Source of the DNA: Octopus vulgaris | Taxonomy: Eukaryota | DNA: 64,000 bases | Reading direction: 5' to 3' | Assembly (NCBI GenBank): GCA_951406725.2 | Contig: OX597827.1 | Location: 8,928,001 to 8,992,000, forward strand | Shown: positions 53,248-64,000 of the stretch, piece after piece | Layout of the letters: each line of letters starts with the position of its first letter | How positions within the stretch are numbered: the first letter of the stretch is position 1 | Notes under the pieces: model-generated | Told to the model about the DNA's origin: nothing | What the model saw: the letters and a program-made list of their open reading frames with translations, nothing else | Databases searched by the model: none | Made by a program: the position numbers and the translations under genes

Positions 53248-53311
53248 CTATGAATAAAGAAGCAGATGTTTGCATTAGTACAAGCGGAAGTGTGCCATAC
53301 ATGTGAGAGCA

Positions 53312-53338
53312 CGTGTGTGTGTGTGCTTGTACATGTGT

Positions 53339-53383
<45 letters not shown>

Positions 53384-54634
53384 TACATGTGTATGTGTGC
53401 GTGTGTTTGTGTGTTTGTACATGTGTATGTGTGCGTGTGTGTGTGTGTGTTTGTACATGTGTGCGTGTGTGTGTGTGTGTGTTTGTACATGTGTATGTGT
53501 GTGTGTGTGTGTGTGTGTTTGTACATGTGTATGTGTGTGTGTGTGTGTGTGTGTTTGTACATGTGTATGTGTGTGTGTGTGTGTGTTTGTACATGTGTAT
53601 GTGTGTGTGTGTGTTTGTACATGTGTATGTGTGCGTGTGTGTGTGTGTGTTTGTACATGTGTATGTGTGTGTGTGTGTGTGTTTGTACATGTGTGTGTGT
53701 GTGTGTGTGTGTTTGTACATGTGTGTGTGTGTGTGTGTTTGTACATGTGTATGTGTGTGTGTGTGTTTGTACATGTGTATGTGTGTGTGTGTGTGTGTGT
53801 GTGTTTGTACATGTGTATGTGTGTGTGTGTGTGTTTGTACATGTGTATGTGTGTGTGTTTGTATGTGTGTGTGTGTGCGTGTGTGTGTGTGTTTGTACAT
53901 GTGTATGTGTGTGTGTGTGTGTGTGTGTTTGTGTATGTGTGTGTGTGTGTGTTTGTACATGTGTATGTGTGTGTGTGTGTGTTTGTACATGTGTATGTGT
54001 GTGTGTGTGTGTGTTTGTACATGTGTATGTGTGTGTGTGTGTGTGTTTGTACATGTGTGTGTGTGTGTGTGTGTTTGTACATGTGTATGTGTGTGTGTGT
54101 GTGTGTTTGTACATGTGTATGTGTGCATGTGTGTGTGTTTGTACATGTGTGTGTGTGTGTGTGTGTGTTTGTAGATGTGTATGTGTGTGTGTGTGTGTTT
54201 GTACATGTGTATGTGTGCGTGTGTGTGTGTGTGTTTGTACATGTGTATGTGTGTGTGTGTGTGTGTTTGTACATGTGTATGTGTGTGTGTGTGTTTGTAC
54301 ATGTGTGTGTTTGTACATGTGTATGTGTGTGTGTGTTTGTACATGTGTGTGTGTGTGTGTGTGTGTTTGTACATGTGTATGTGTGTGTGTGTGTGTGTTT
54401 GTACATGTGTATGTGTGTGTGTGTGTTTGTACATGTGTATGTGTGCGTGTGTGTGTGTGTTTGTACATGTGTGTGTGTGTGTGTGTGTGTTTGTACATGT
54501 GTGTGTGTGTGTGTTTGTACATGTGTGTGTGTGTGTGTGTGTTTGTACATGTGTGTGTGTGTGTGTGTGTGTGTTTGTACATGTGTATGTGTGTGTGTTT
54601 GTGTTTGTACATGTGTGTGTGTGTGTTTGTACAT

Positions 54635-54699
<65 letters not shown>

Positions 54700-54836
54700 T
54701 ACATGTGTGTGTGTGTGTGTGTGTGTGTTTGTACATGTGTATGTGTGTGTGTGTGTGTGTGTGTTTGTACATGTGTATGTGTGTGTGTGTGTGTTTGTAC
54801 ATGTGTATGTGTGTGTGTGTGTGTGTGTGTTTGTAA
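53312..54836. repeat. 1.5-kb minisatellite: (GT)n punctuated by TTTGTACAT(GTGTAT)
   Basis: About 50 units of roughly 20-35 bp; source of the spurious 300-570 aa HT/CV ORFs. Confidence 0.95.
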
Positions 54837-54916
54837 ACAGACAAGTGAAACATATAAATTATTGATGAGGCTAGCAATTGCCATTAAAAAGCAAAACTGC
54901 AGGATGTGTCACTGAC

Positions 54917-55067
54917 CTAACAAATCCTCTAGGTGCTGCATATCCCTATTTGTGGAGCCATGAACACAGTCAATTATAGGAGACATTTCACTATAACAGT
55001 AAGGGGCATTAACTGTAGTTGCTTTATCTTTCCAGCCATCAGATGTCTTTGATTCTTGCTGAGAATA
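54917..55067 (-). CDS. Probable internal coding exon (151 nt, phase 0 to 1): YSQQESKTSDGWKDKATTVNAPYCYSEMSPIIDCVHGSTNRDMQHLEDLL
   Basis: Textbook acceptor gctgacttgttttactctcttctttgcag, 50 open codons, donor TAG|gtcagt. Confidence 0.6.
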
Positions 55068-55134
55068 CTGCAAAGAAGAGAGTAAAACAAGTCAGCAAAA
55101 GTGAATAAAACAAAGCAGCATGAAAACCAAAAAA

Positions 55135-55374
55135 TTACTCTTTTACTCTTTTTACTCTTTTACTTGTTTCAGTCATTTGAATGCGGCCATGCTGGAGCAC
55201 CGCCTTTAGTCGAGCAAATCGACTCCGGGACTTGTCGAGCAACTCGACCCCCGGGACAGACTTATTCTTTTTGTAAGCCCAGTACTTATTCAATCGGTCT
55301 CTTTTTGCCGAACCGCTAAGTGACAGGGACATAAACACACCAGCATTGGTTGTCAAGCAAACACAGACACACAA

Positions 55375-55423
<49 letters not shown>

Positions 55424-55564
55424 GCTTCTTTCAGTTTCCGTCTACCAAATCCACTCACAAGGCATTGGTCGGCCCGGGGCTATAGCAGAAGACACTTGCC
55501 CAAGATGCCACACAGTGGGACTGAACCCGGAACCATGTAGTTGGTTAGCAAGCTACTTACCACA
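55135..55564 (-). mobile_element. SINE family A with internal duplication of the gtcgagcaa..cgac..cgggac segment
   Basis: Direct inspection. Confidence 0.85.
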
Positions 55565-55632
55565 AGGATAAAATTAATATATTTTTATCATTTTTTTTTA
55601 TTTGTCTTCCATTATGTTAGGGAATGACTTTT

Positions 55633-56245
55633 ACATGTTTAATCCAACATACTAACAGCAAGTGCTTATCTTTTAAGTGCGGTACTGATAGTTCCCAACA
55701 ACATGGTTCTGGGTTCAGTCCCACTGTGTGACACCTTGGGCAAGTGTCTTCTACTATAGCCATGAGCTGATCAAAGCCCTGTAAGTGGATTTGGTTGACA
55801 GAAACTGAAAGAAGCCCTTTATGTGTGTGTGTCTTTGCATCTGTGTTTGTCCCTCACAACTGCTTGACAACTGGTACTGGTGTGTTTACGTCCTTGTATC
55901 TTAGCAGTTTGGCAAAAGAGACTGATAGAAAAATACATGTTTAATCAAACATACTGACACCAAGTACGTATCTTTTAAGTGTGGTACTGATAGTTCCCAA
56001 CAACATGGTTCTGGGTTCAGTCCCACTGTGTGACACCTTAGGTAAGTGTCTTCTACTATAGCCATGAGCTGATCAAAGCTGTAAGGGGATTTGGTAGATG
56101 GAAACTGAAAGAAGCTCATGTGTGTGTGTGTGTGTGTGTGTGTGTCTTTGCATCTGTATTTGTCCCTCACAACTGCTTGACAACAGGTGCTATTGTGTTT
56201 ACGTCCTTGTAACTTAGCAGTTTGGCAAAAGAGACTGATAGAAAA
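55633..56245 (+). repeat. Tandem duplication (2 x ~300 bp) of flank plus SINE A fragment
   Basis: acatgtttaatc.aacatact.aca.caagt...ggtactgatagttcccaacaacatgg occurs at 55633 and 55935. Confidence 0.85.
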
Positions 56246-57391
56246 AAAAATACAAAGCTTAAGAGAAAAATAAGTACTGGGGTTGATTCAAACTAGAAAT
56301 TCTTCAGGGCAGAACCCCTAAAGCATGGTTGCTTTTAAATGACTCAAATGAATAAAAGACAAAGACTAAAAGAAGACATAAACAAAACAACACCAGTTGT
56401 CAAGTGGTGATGGAGAGAAAAACACAAACATAAAAGTAACACATACATATAAATATTTCACGGGCTTCCACACAGTTTCCATCTACAATATTCAATCACA
56501 AGGCAGTGGTTGGCCCAAGGCCAAAGTAGAAGACAGTTACTTGTCCAAAATTTCACACAGTGGGACTGAACTTGAAGCAATGTTGCTACAAGGTGAGATT
56601 CTTCACCACACATGCATACCTACTTCTGTAATTAAGTTTCTATAATTACACAGAAAATATTGTTTGAAACATTCACAAACTTATTAACCTTGTTAACTAA
56701 GTGAAACTATACTGAAGAGAAAGAGTTTAGTAAAACACCATGATTCATGCTTTCTCCAGAAAAGAATGCAATTATAGGAAACAAAGTCAAAATTGAATTA
56801 GCAAGAACAAAAAAATTAGATAAATTTGCAGCCAATATTTTTGGAGATCACCATTTATTGTTTCATTATTTTATCATAAAGATTACCTAATAAGAAATAT
56901 TGTTTTCATAATTTTTCATAACAAAATGAAAAGAAACAACTAAACGTAAACTAAAAAGAAAAAATAAAGAAATTCATTGAGTTAATAAATTACTAAGTTG
57001 TTCTTTTAAATACTGAATAAAAAGTTAAAAAGTAGAATATTTTAAACATCGGAAAAAAGGGGGGGAAAAGCAAAATGTTAGAAGGACATTAACATTTACT
57101 ACAATAAATCAAATTTAACAATGAAGAAAGCGTTTTGCAGTGTTTTATGTTATGCTGCTTTATGAATTTTCTTCAGAAATTTCTTTTATTTGAAAAATAT
57201 ATTTATTTGGTAAATAAGTTGTGATAAAACTTTGGCAGCAGCTCTATAAGCAATTGTTTCTATTATTGCATGCTTCTTCTATAGTATCACAATACTGATC
57301 ATTACTATGCTTCTGTAGCGTGGTGCCTGCTGCTGCTGCTTTTGCTGCTGATGCTGCTTCTACAGAGCTGAGCAGCACATAGGAACAAGTA

Positions 57392-57462
57392 TCATTGTGA
57401 ACTGCCAGCATCCTTCTCCAAATATTTGATGTCGTTGTCATGACAATATGTTACAGTTACAA
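57392..57462 (-). CDS. Candidate phase-1 terminal exon [23 protein letters not shown]
   Basis: Weak acceptor aatgtcacag; the other two phases close within 8 codons. Confidence 0.2.
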
Positions 57463-57674
57463 CTGTGACATTATGTATAATATACATATAACATACACAC
57501 AAACATATATGAGTTATACATCTATATGTATATATAAATATATGTGTGTGTGTATGTGGATATATATATATATATATATAAATATATATGCATAAATATA
57601 TATGTATATAAGTTTGTGTGCATATGTACATATACATACATACATACATATACACATATATATATATACATATA

Positions 57675-57708
<34 letters not shown>

Positions 57709-57949
57709 CAAACATACATACATACATACATACACATATATATATATATATATATACATATGAAAATACACATATATATGTACATATCTATCTATCTATT
57801 TATCTACCTGTCTATATATATATATATATACATGCATACATATACGTGTACGTATGTATGTATGTATGTATGTATGTATGAATATATGTATGTGTGTATG
57901 TCTGTATGTATGTATGTACGTTTAAATGTATCGCATCTATGTATCTATC

Positions 57950-57987
<38 letters not shown>

Positions 57988-58167
57988 CCTATATGTATAT
58001 ATGCATATGTATATATACACTCAGACACACACATACATATACATTCATATAATACTCCCACAACTTTTAAAGGAAACAGTATTGCAATTTGTATATTCTT
58101 AACAAAATAATATGTATGCAGTGTATGAATAAAGCACACTGCCTCAACCATTTCCACTCAAGCAATG

Positions 58168-58229
58168 CTATTTCTTTGAATATCTTTGCTGTGCATATGT
58201 ACAGCTGCAGCAACTACTGTTTACAACTG
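58168..58229 (-). CDS. Candidate phase-1 terminal exon xVVNSSCCSCTYAQQRYSKK*
   Basis: NAGNAG acceptor gatatttcagcag; the other phases close within 5 codons. Confidence 0.25.
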
Positions 58230-58266
58230 CTGAAATATCACATTGCTTGTACTAGCTCTAGAACCA

Positions 58267-58322
58267 TCAGCATTCTTTTTCTGCGGTGACAGTGTGCGTC
58301 TGCTTTAATTCATGTTCTTTAG
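58267..58322 (-). CDS. Candidate phase-1 terminal exon xKEHELKQTHTVTAEKEC*
   Basis: Acceptor tcattcattcacacag; the other phases close within 6 codons. Confidence 0.25.
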
Positions 58323-58547
58323 CTGTGTGAATGAATGAATGAGGCTTGTGTGTGACTGAATTTGTATGCATGTAATGAATGTGAGATTGCACTTAGACTA
58401 GTTACTTCTGTGTGTTACATTTTGTTTTTAATGTGCAAATTACAGCCATAATCCATAGGACACCACACTGTGTATATCTATATCTATATATATATATATA
58501 CATGCACACACACATATATATATACACACACACACATAGATATACAT

Positions 58548-58595
<48 letters not shown>

Positions 58596-58667
58596 CATAT
58601 ACCAGAGTAAGCACATAAATGTGAAACAAGGTGGAAAAACGAGTGCTCAAATACCAGAGGTAGAGTA

Positions 58668-58835
58668 ATATGCTTTATTTAAAGCTGCAGAAATATAACA
58701 AAAGCTGTTAATCAGAGTTTCACGTTCCCGTTCGTCGGACAGTTTTTTTTTTTAACAAAACTGTCTGATAAACGGGAACTGGAAACTCGGAGTAACAGCT
58801 TTTGTTATATTTCTGCTGCTTTAAATAAAGTATAT
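58668..58835. repeat. Inverted repeat with a type-I hammerhead motif in each arm
   Basis: Plus arm ctgt-CTGATAA-acgggaactg-GAAA-ctcggag-TA-acag; minus arm ctgt-CCGACGA-acg-ggaa-cgt-GAAA-ctctgat-TA-acag. Confidence 0.75.
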
Positions 58836-59103
58836 ATACATATATATTTATATATATATATATGTTTATATATGTATATATATATGCATACGCACACACA
58901 CACACACACACATATGTATGTATGTATGCATGCATGTAATTTGTTTTGAATTTGTGTGAATGTGTATAGGATAATGTATCCATTAAATAAAGTTAAAACA
59001 TGGTCTGGTTTTCACGTTTTTTCATTATGGTATTTTAACATTATAAAAAGTGTTTTGTAATGCTCATAAAGTTAAATTAGCACTTTCATACATAGAGTAA
59101 TCA

Positions 59104-59177
59104 TCAGATTTCAAATTCGTTTAACTGACAGTTGAGCTCTTGAACAACTTTAGTACCTCTTAGAATGTTCCAGCAAG
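59104..59177 (-). CDS. Candidate phase-1 terminal exon xCWNILRGTKVVQELNCQLNEFEI*
   Basis: Acceptor ctaaaaatttag (weak); lies in a 51-codon open frame. Confidence 0.2.
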
Positions 59178-59768
59178 CTAAATTTTTAGAATACGGTTTT
59201 GACCAATCTTCATGCATCTCAAGCATCACAGTTTGCCAGTCATTCTGATTCTCAGTAATTTATTTATATTTGTTTGCTAGCGATATTATTTAATCCACAT
59301 CATTAATTGGTTGTTATATTATTGCTGTTATTTCCATTCAGAAGGGGTTTGAACATTTTAATAAACCGTTTTTCTTTTATCTTTCTTCCAACCTCACTTG
59401 TGTCATGTAGTTTGTGGAAAGGAAAAATTAGAAACATTTTCTGACCACATGTCACCATTCAAAGAATACCAGATAAGCCACCCATAATTGGATACAACTC
59501 GCCCAACAAGAACTCACTACTTGAACAAAACTTGATACAACTCACTGCTTGAACAAAACTTGACTTAAACAAAACTTGACTTAAACAGGATTCGAATAAT
59601 CCTATCAGGTGGTGCTATTAAGTTAGACATGGCCTGGACCAATCATTGGTCGAAACATATCTAAGTTATCTAAGTTATGTTCGCTCAATGGAATTTGGAA
59701 AACATTGGTGTACCAGATTTGTTGTCTGAGGACTCATGAGCATTCCAATAATGCATTCCCTGTCTTAC

Positions 59769-59866
59769 CTATATAAAATTCCCTGTAATTTTGGCATTTA
59801 ATGCAGATCAAATTTCTGCTTTTGCAGTTCATATCTGCATTTGCCAAAATCTGTCCATTTTTTGTC
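59769..59866 (-). CDS. Candidate 98-nt exon (phase 2 to 1 open: TKNGQILANADMNCKSRNLICIKCQNYREFYI)
   Basis: Acceptor gatcttttag and donor TAG|gtaaga. Confidence 0.3.
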
Positions 59867-60298
59867 CTAAAAGATCTACCAGTATGCATGTATTGTGATT
59901 GTTTTATCCTGTTTGTTCATGTTGAATTTTGCCTTTGTTAATATATATATGGCCCCTGTGCCGGTGGCACGCAAAAAGCAGCCACTACACTCACGGAGTG
60001 GTTGGTGTTAGGAAGGGCATCCAGCAGTAGAAACACTGCCAGATCAAGACTGGAGCCTGGTGCAGCCTCCTGGCTTCCCAGATCCCGGTCAAACCGTCTA
60101 ACCCATGCTAGCAAGAAAAACTGACATTAAATGATGATGATGATGATGCTGATGATACAGAGAGGAAGAGAGAGAAAGAGTGAATGAGGGGGGGTAGGCA
60201 AATAGACACATAGATAGATACACAAAGATTCAGATATATACACATACATATATACAAAAACATACATATGTATAGCTCTCTCTCTCTCTCTATGTATA

Positions 60299-60673
60299 TC
60301 TCTCTCTATATAAACGGCAGTTTGTCTGTGCGTGTTTCTGTGTGTCTGTTTGCTTGTACCCTCACCCTGACCACGGCTTTCAACCGATTCTGATGAAATT
60401 TGACACACACATAGCCCAATGTCATAATTCAAAACAAACGCAGAGAAAATTTTGAAAAGTTCCCCCAGTTCTGAAAAAAATCGATAAATTCGACATGGGG
60501 TCGAGAATCAGGAATACGAACCACAAACTGTCTAGGGGACGCAACTCTACCTTTTTTAAATCTCAAAAAAAAATTTACCATCATTTTTTTGCTATTTTTT
60601 GGCTATAACTCTCTAAAAATGCTTTATAGTTATTTCCCTTACAAACCTGAGCAACGCCGGGCGATACTGCTAG
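60299..60673 (+). mobile_element. Non-autonomous Helitron, different 5' half, same 3' end
   Basis: TC..TATATAAA start; 3' ctctaaaaatgctt.atagttatttcccttacaaacc.gagcaacgccgggcgatactgCTAG|T shared with 27794-28177. Confidence 0.8.
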
Positions 60674-61160
60674 TATATATATATATATATATGAGGTACA
60701 CGGTTTGCATGATTTTGACATTCGTTTATAACTGTTCCGAGATGTCAGGGCAGAGAAAGAAATATTATATTATGTATATATTACATATTATATACTATAT
60801 TACATATTATATATGTATGTACATGCATGTATGTACATGTAAATATATATGGTATATGTGTGTATATATCAGGAATTATGGGTTAACACAAATTACATTG
60901 ATAAAAATGAAAGAATTAGTGAAACCATAAAATGACAGTAATGAGAGACAGGCAGATGAACTGCCTTTGCTCTAAGTCTCTGTTGAATCACAGTCACATC
61001 TTTGACCTCTCATGCTTGCTAGTAGGAAATTAATTCAATTTTAAAATGATAGTGTAAATATTATATTCCTAAGGGGAACACCTTTAACATAAATTGGCTT
61101 TACAAATTAAACATTTTATAGTCGAAATATAAGCAACAACTTCATATATATATATATATA

Positions 61161-61589
61161 TACTCTTTTACTCTTTTACTCTTTTACTTGTTTCAGTCAT
61201 TTGACTGCGGCCATGCTGGAGCACCGCCTTTAGTCGAGCAAATCGAACCCGGGACTTATTCTTTGTAAGCCCAGTACTTATTCTATCGGTCTCTTTTGCC
61301 GAACCGCTAAGTGACGGGGACGTAAACACACCAGCATCGGTTGTCAAGCAATGCTAAGGGGACAGACATAGACACACAAACACATACACACACACTTATA
61401 TATATATATATATATATACATATATATGACAGGCTTCTTTCAGTTTCCGTCTACCAAATCCACTCACAAGGCTTTGGTCGGCCCGGGGCTATAGCAGAAG
61501 ACACTTGCCCAAGATGCCACGTAGTGGGACTGAACCCGGAACCGTGTGGTTGGTAAGCAAGCTACTTACCACACAGCCACTCCTGCGCT
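61161..61589 (-). mobile_element. SINE family A, full length
   Basis: Near-consensus reverse copy. Confidence 0.9.
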
Positions 61590-61734
61590 ATATATATATA
61601 TATTTGGCAAATAAAGCAAATGAATTTCCAAATGGTTTAAATAAATTGCCATATATTCATGTTTTATCTTTTACCATTTCTTTCAGTCAAAGGAATGTGA
61701 ACATACCAGAGCACTGCCTTGAAGAGTTTAGTCC

Positions 61735-62056
61735 AGGATTTCTCAACCATTTTTATCTATGGACCCCTGTTAGAACCCCACCTCCTTAGCCATTCGATGT
61801 TTAAAAACTAGTTTTATAGATGCTCCTTTCAAAACTCCTATTTTGTCTATCACACATTTCCTTGTGTAGGTTGAACTACGTAAAATTTCAAAGAAAGAAA
61901 CCTGATTCTTGCAATACATACCAATACATACATCAAAAGTAGAACTTTTATCAGGGGTCTTTAAAATACTATTGTGAACCCCCAATTTACTACTTTGCTG
62001 CATAGGCCCCCCAAAAATCTTATATGGAGCCTCAGGTGCCATATGGACCCCACTGG
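61735..62056. mobile_element. Possible hAT-like MITE within a decayed SINE
   Basis: Begins CAGGATTTCTCAACC and carries repeated tatggacccc subterminal motifs; right end eroded. Confidence 0.35.
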
Positions 62057-62185
62057 TTTAGTCAAATAAACCAACCCCTCTGCTTATTTTATAAAGCCTG
62101 GTACTTATTCTATTGGCCCCTTTGTTGAACTACCAAGTTACAAGAATGTAGACAAACCAACACCAATTGTCAAGGAGTAGTAGTG

Positions 62186-62520
62186 AAGGCGCATGGCTCA
62201 GTGGTTAGAGCATCGAGCTTACGATCGTGAGGTTGTGAGTTTGAATCCCGGACCAGGCTGCATGTTGTGTTCTTCAGCAAGACACTTTATTTCACGTTGT
62301 TCCAGTTCACTCAGCTGTAGAAATGAGTTGCGATGTCACAGGTACCAAGCTGAATCAGCCCCTTTGCCTTTCCCTTGGATAACACTGGTGGCATAGAGAG
62401 GGGAGGCCAGTATTCATAGGCGACTGCTGGTCTTCTATAAACAACCTTGCCCAGACTTGTGCCTGGGAAGGTAACTTTCTAGGTGCAATCCCATGGTCAG
62501 TCATGACCGAAGGATGTCTC
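62186..62520 (+). mobile_element. tRNA-derived SINE family D
   Basis: A box TGGCTCAGTGG, B box GTTTGAATCC, CORE-like tgtgttcttcagcaagacact. Confidence 0.75.
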
Positions 62521-64000
62521 AGTAGAGGACAAACACAAACACAAATAAACACACACACACACACATATATATACATGTATGATGGGCTTCTTTCACTTTT
62601 TGTCTTCCAACTTCACTCAGAAAGCTTTGGTTCATCTGAGGCTATAGTAGAAGACAATTGCCTAAGGTGCTGTACAATGGAGCTGAACCCAAGACCACAT
62701 TGTTGGGAAGCAAGCTTCTTAACCACAGAGCCATGCCTGATTATGTTTAAAATCAATGCTAAGGTTTCAGGCTGCCACCATATACTTTCCAATGTTTTCA
62801 TGAAAATGTGTTGTTTTTATATCATACAAGAGAAGTTTAATCAGTCAATTTTCATTTTGCAATAACTGTTTTAAAGCCTTATAGCACTCAGTTGAGTATC
62901 TATGCATAATGAGATCAAATCCTGCTAAGTTCAACATTGCCTTTCATCCTTCCGTTGGTTAATAATCTAATTGATCATATCCATCTTACAAATTTGAGGC
63001 TTTGTGTCTGCTAGAAAAGACCCAAGACTTCAAATGAAGTTTACCATGAAAATGAATCGCTATTGCCCCTAATTTTAAGCAAGGTGCAATGTAACAGAAA
63101 ATTATTCAACTACATTATTCTATAAAAAATATTACAGCGGGAAATTGCTTAAGATTTCATCTGAATGAGAAACAATAGTTATGTTAGTGTTAAACTTAAT
63201 GTTATGATTATCAAAAATCTAATTCGAAATAATTATGTGGTGAGGAAAAGACAACATTATTTCAATGACTTATAATATTGTCATTATTTCAGTAAGTATG
63301 GAAAACAACATCGTTTTTCATTTCAGTGATGTTTCTGAGTAATTAACCTTATTGATTAGTTAATATTTTAAGCATGCCAATTTTTTCCCTGCTCATCGCT
63401 CACTTGTATATTATATCATATTTTACATATTAAATATCCCAGTACGTCTCACTATTTCCATCACTAGCAATGCTTATGAGACATACCAAGAACTACATTA
63501 AGGGTACACTTGTCTGTGGATTGCTCAGCCACTTGCACGTTAATTTCATAAGCAAGCTGTTCCGTTGATTGTATCAGCTGAGACCCTCGTCATTGTAACT
63601 GACAGAGTGCGCCATCCATCCATCCATTCATCTCCACAAAGAGATTGCGAGCATTAACCATTAAAGTAATTTTAGATAAGTTCTTTGCTCCACAAGTTGA
63701 TATTAATGATGAATAATAAAACAAAAATAGTGTCTCTCATCTTCCCAGTAACTCTCATTCCATGAACATATGTCTCAGACAGTCAACATCTGTTGTAGTA
63801 AGACTGTACCCTACAACATTATTGTTATTATTATTATTTATTTTTGAATATATAACATTTAAAATGTTTTTAATGTATACAAATTATACTTTGTATGTTT
63901 ATAAATTGTTATTTTCCATGACCATAAAAGTGGTCATGTCTCTTGGGGTTTTCTAGCTTTTGCTGCTTTTTTGAAAATATCCATTAGAAATCATTTTTTT

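Noticed and set aside
53153-54915. ORFs of 246-574 aa rich in H/T or C/V
   Set aside because: Stop-free translations of the (GT)n minisatellite on both strands; only the last 31 codons at 53153-53247 are retained as a candidate exon.
56710-56890. Apparent transmembrane peptide on the minus strand
   Set aside because: On exact counting of the T run the frame closes early and there is no start codon.
62190-62262. Possible tRNA gene
   Set aside because: A and B boxes are present but there is no closed acceptor stem, and the sequence continues into a SINE body.

Overview
AT-rich, microsatellite-saturated eukaryotic genomic DNA. The repeat content (tRNA-derived SINEs with internal (TA)n/(TG)n, RTE, CR1, R4/Dong and HERO-type LINE fragments, small Helitrons, Tc1/mariner MITEs) is most consistent with an octopus (coleoid cephalopod) genome; the taxon is inferred from repeat style, not from a search. 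Almost all ORFs in the track are microsatellite or SINE artefacts, and no complete gene can be named. The window appears to be intronic sequence of a large minus-strand gene. Two candidate coding exons are well supported (54917-55067 and 15062-15333). Around them lie many short AG-started cassettes, mostly open in phase 1 and ending in their own stop codon (often followed within about 10-35 nt by a GT donor), plus 15-21 nt microexons. This looks like an array of alternative C-terminal exons but needs RNA evidence. Other points: several minimal type-I hammerhead ribozyme motifs, some inside long inverted repeats (Penelope-like); a CR1 LINE whose 3' tail matches the dominant SINE; a 132-bp target-site-like duplication; and closely spaced inverted SINE pairs that could be ADAR substrates.
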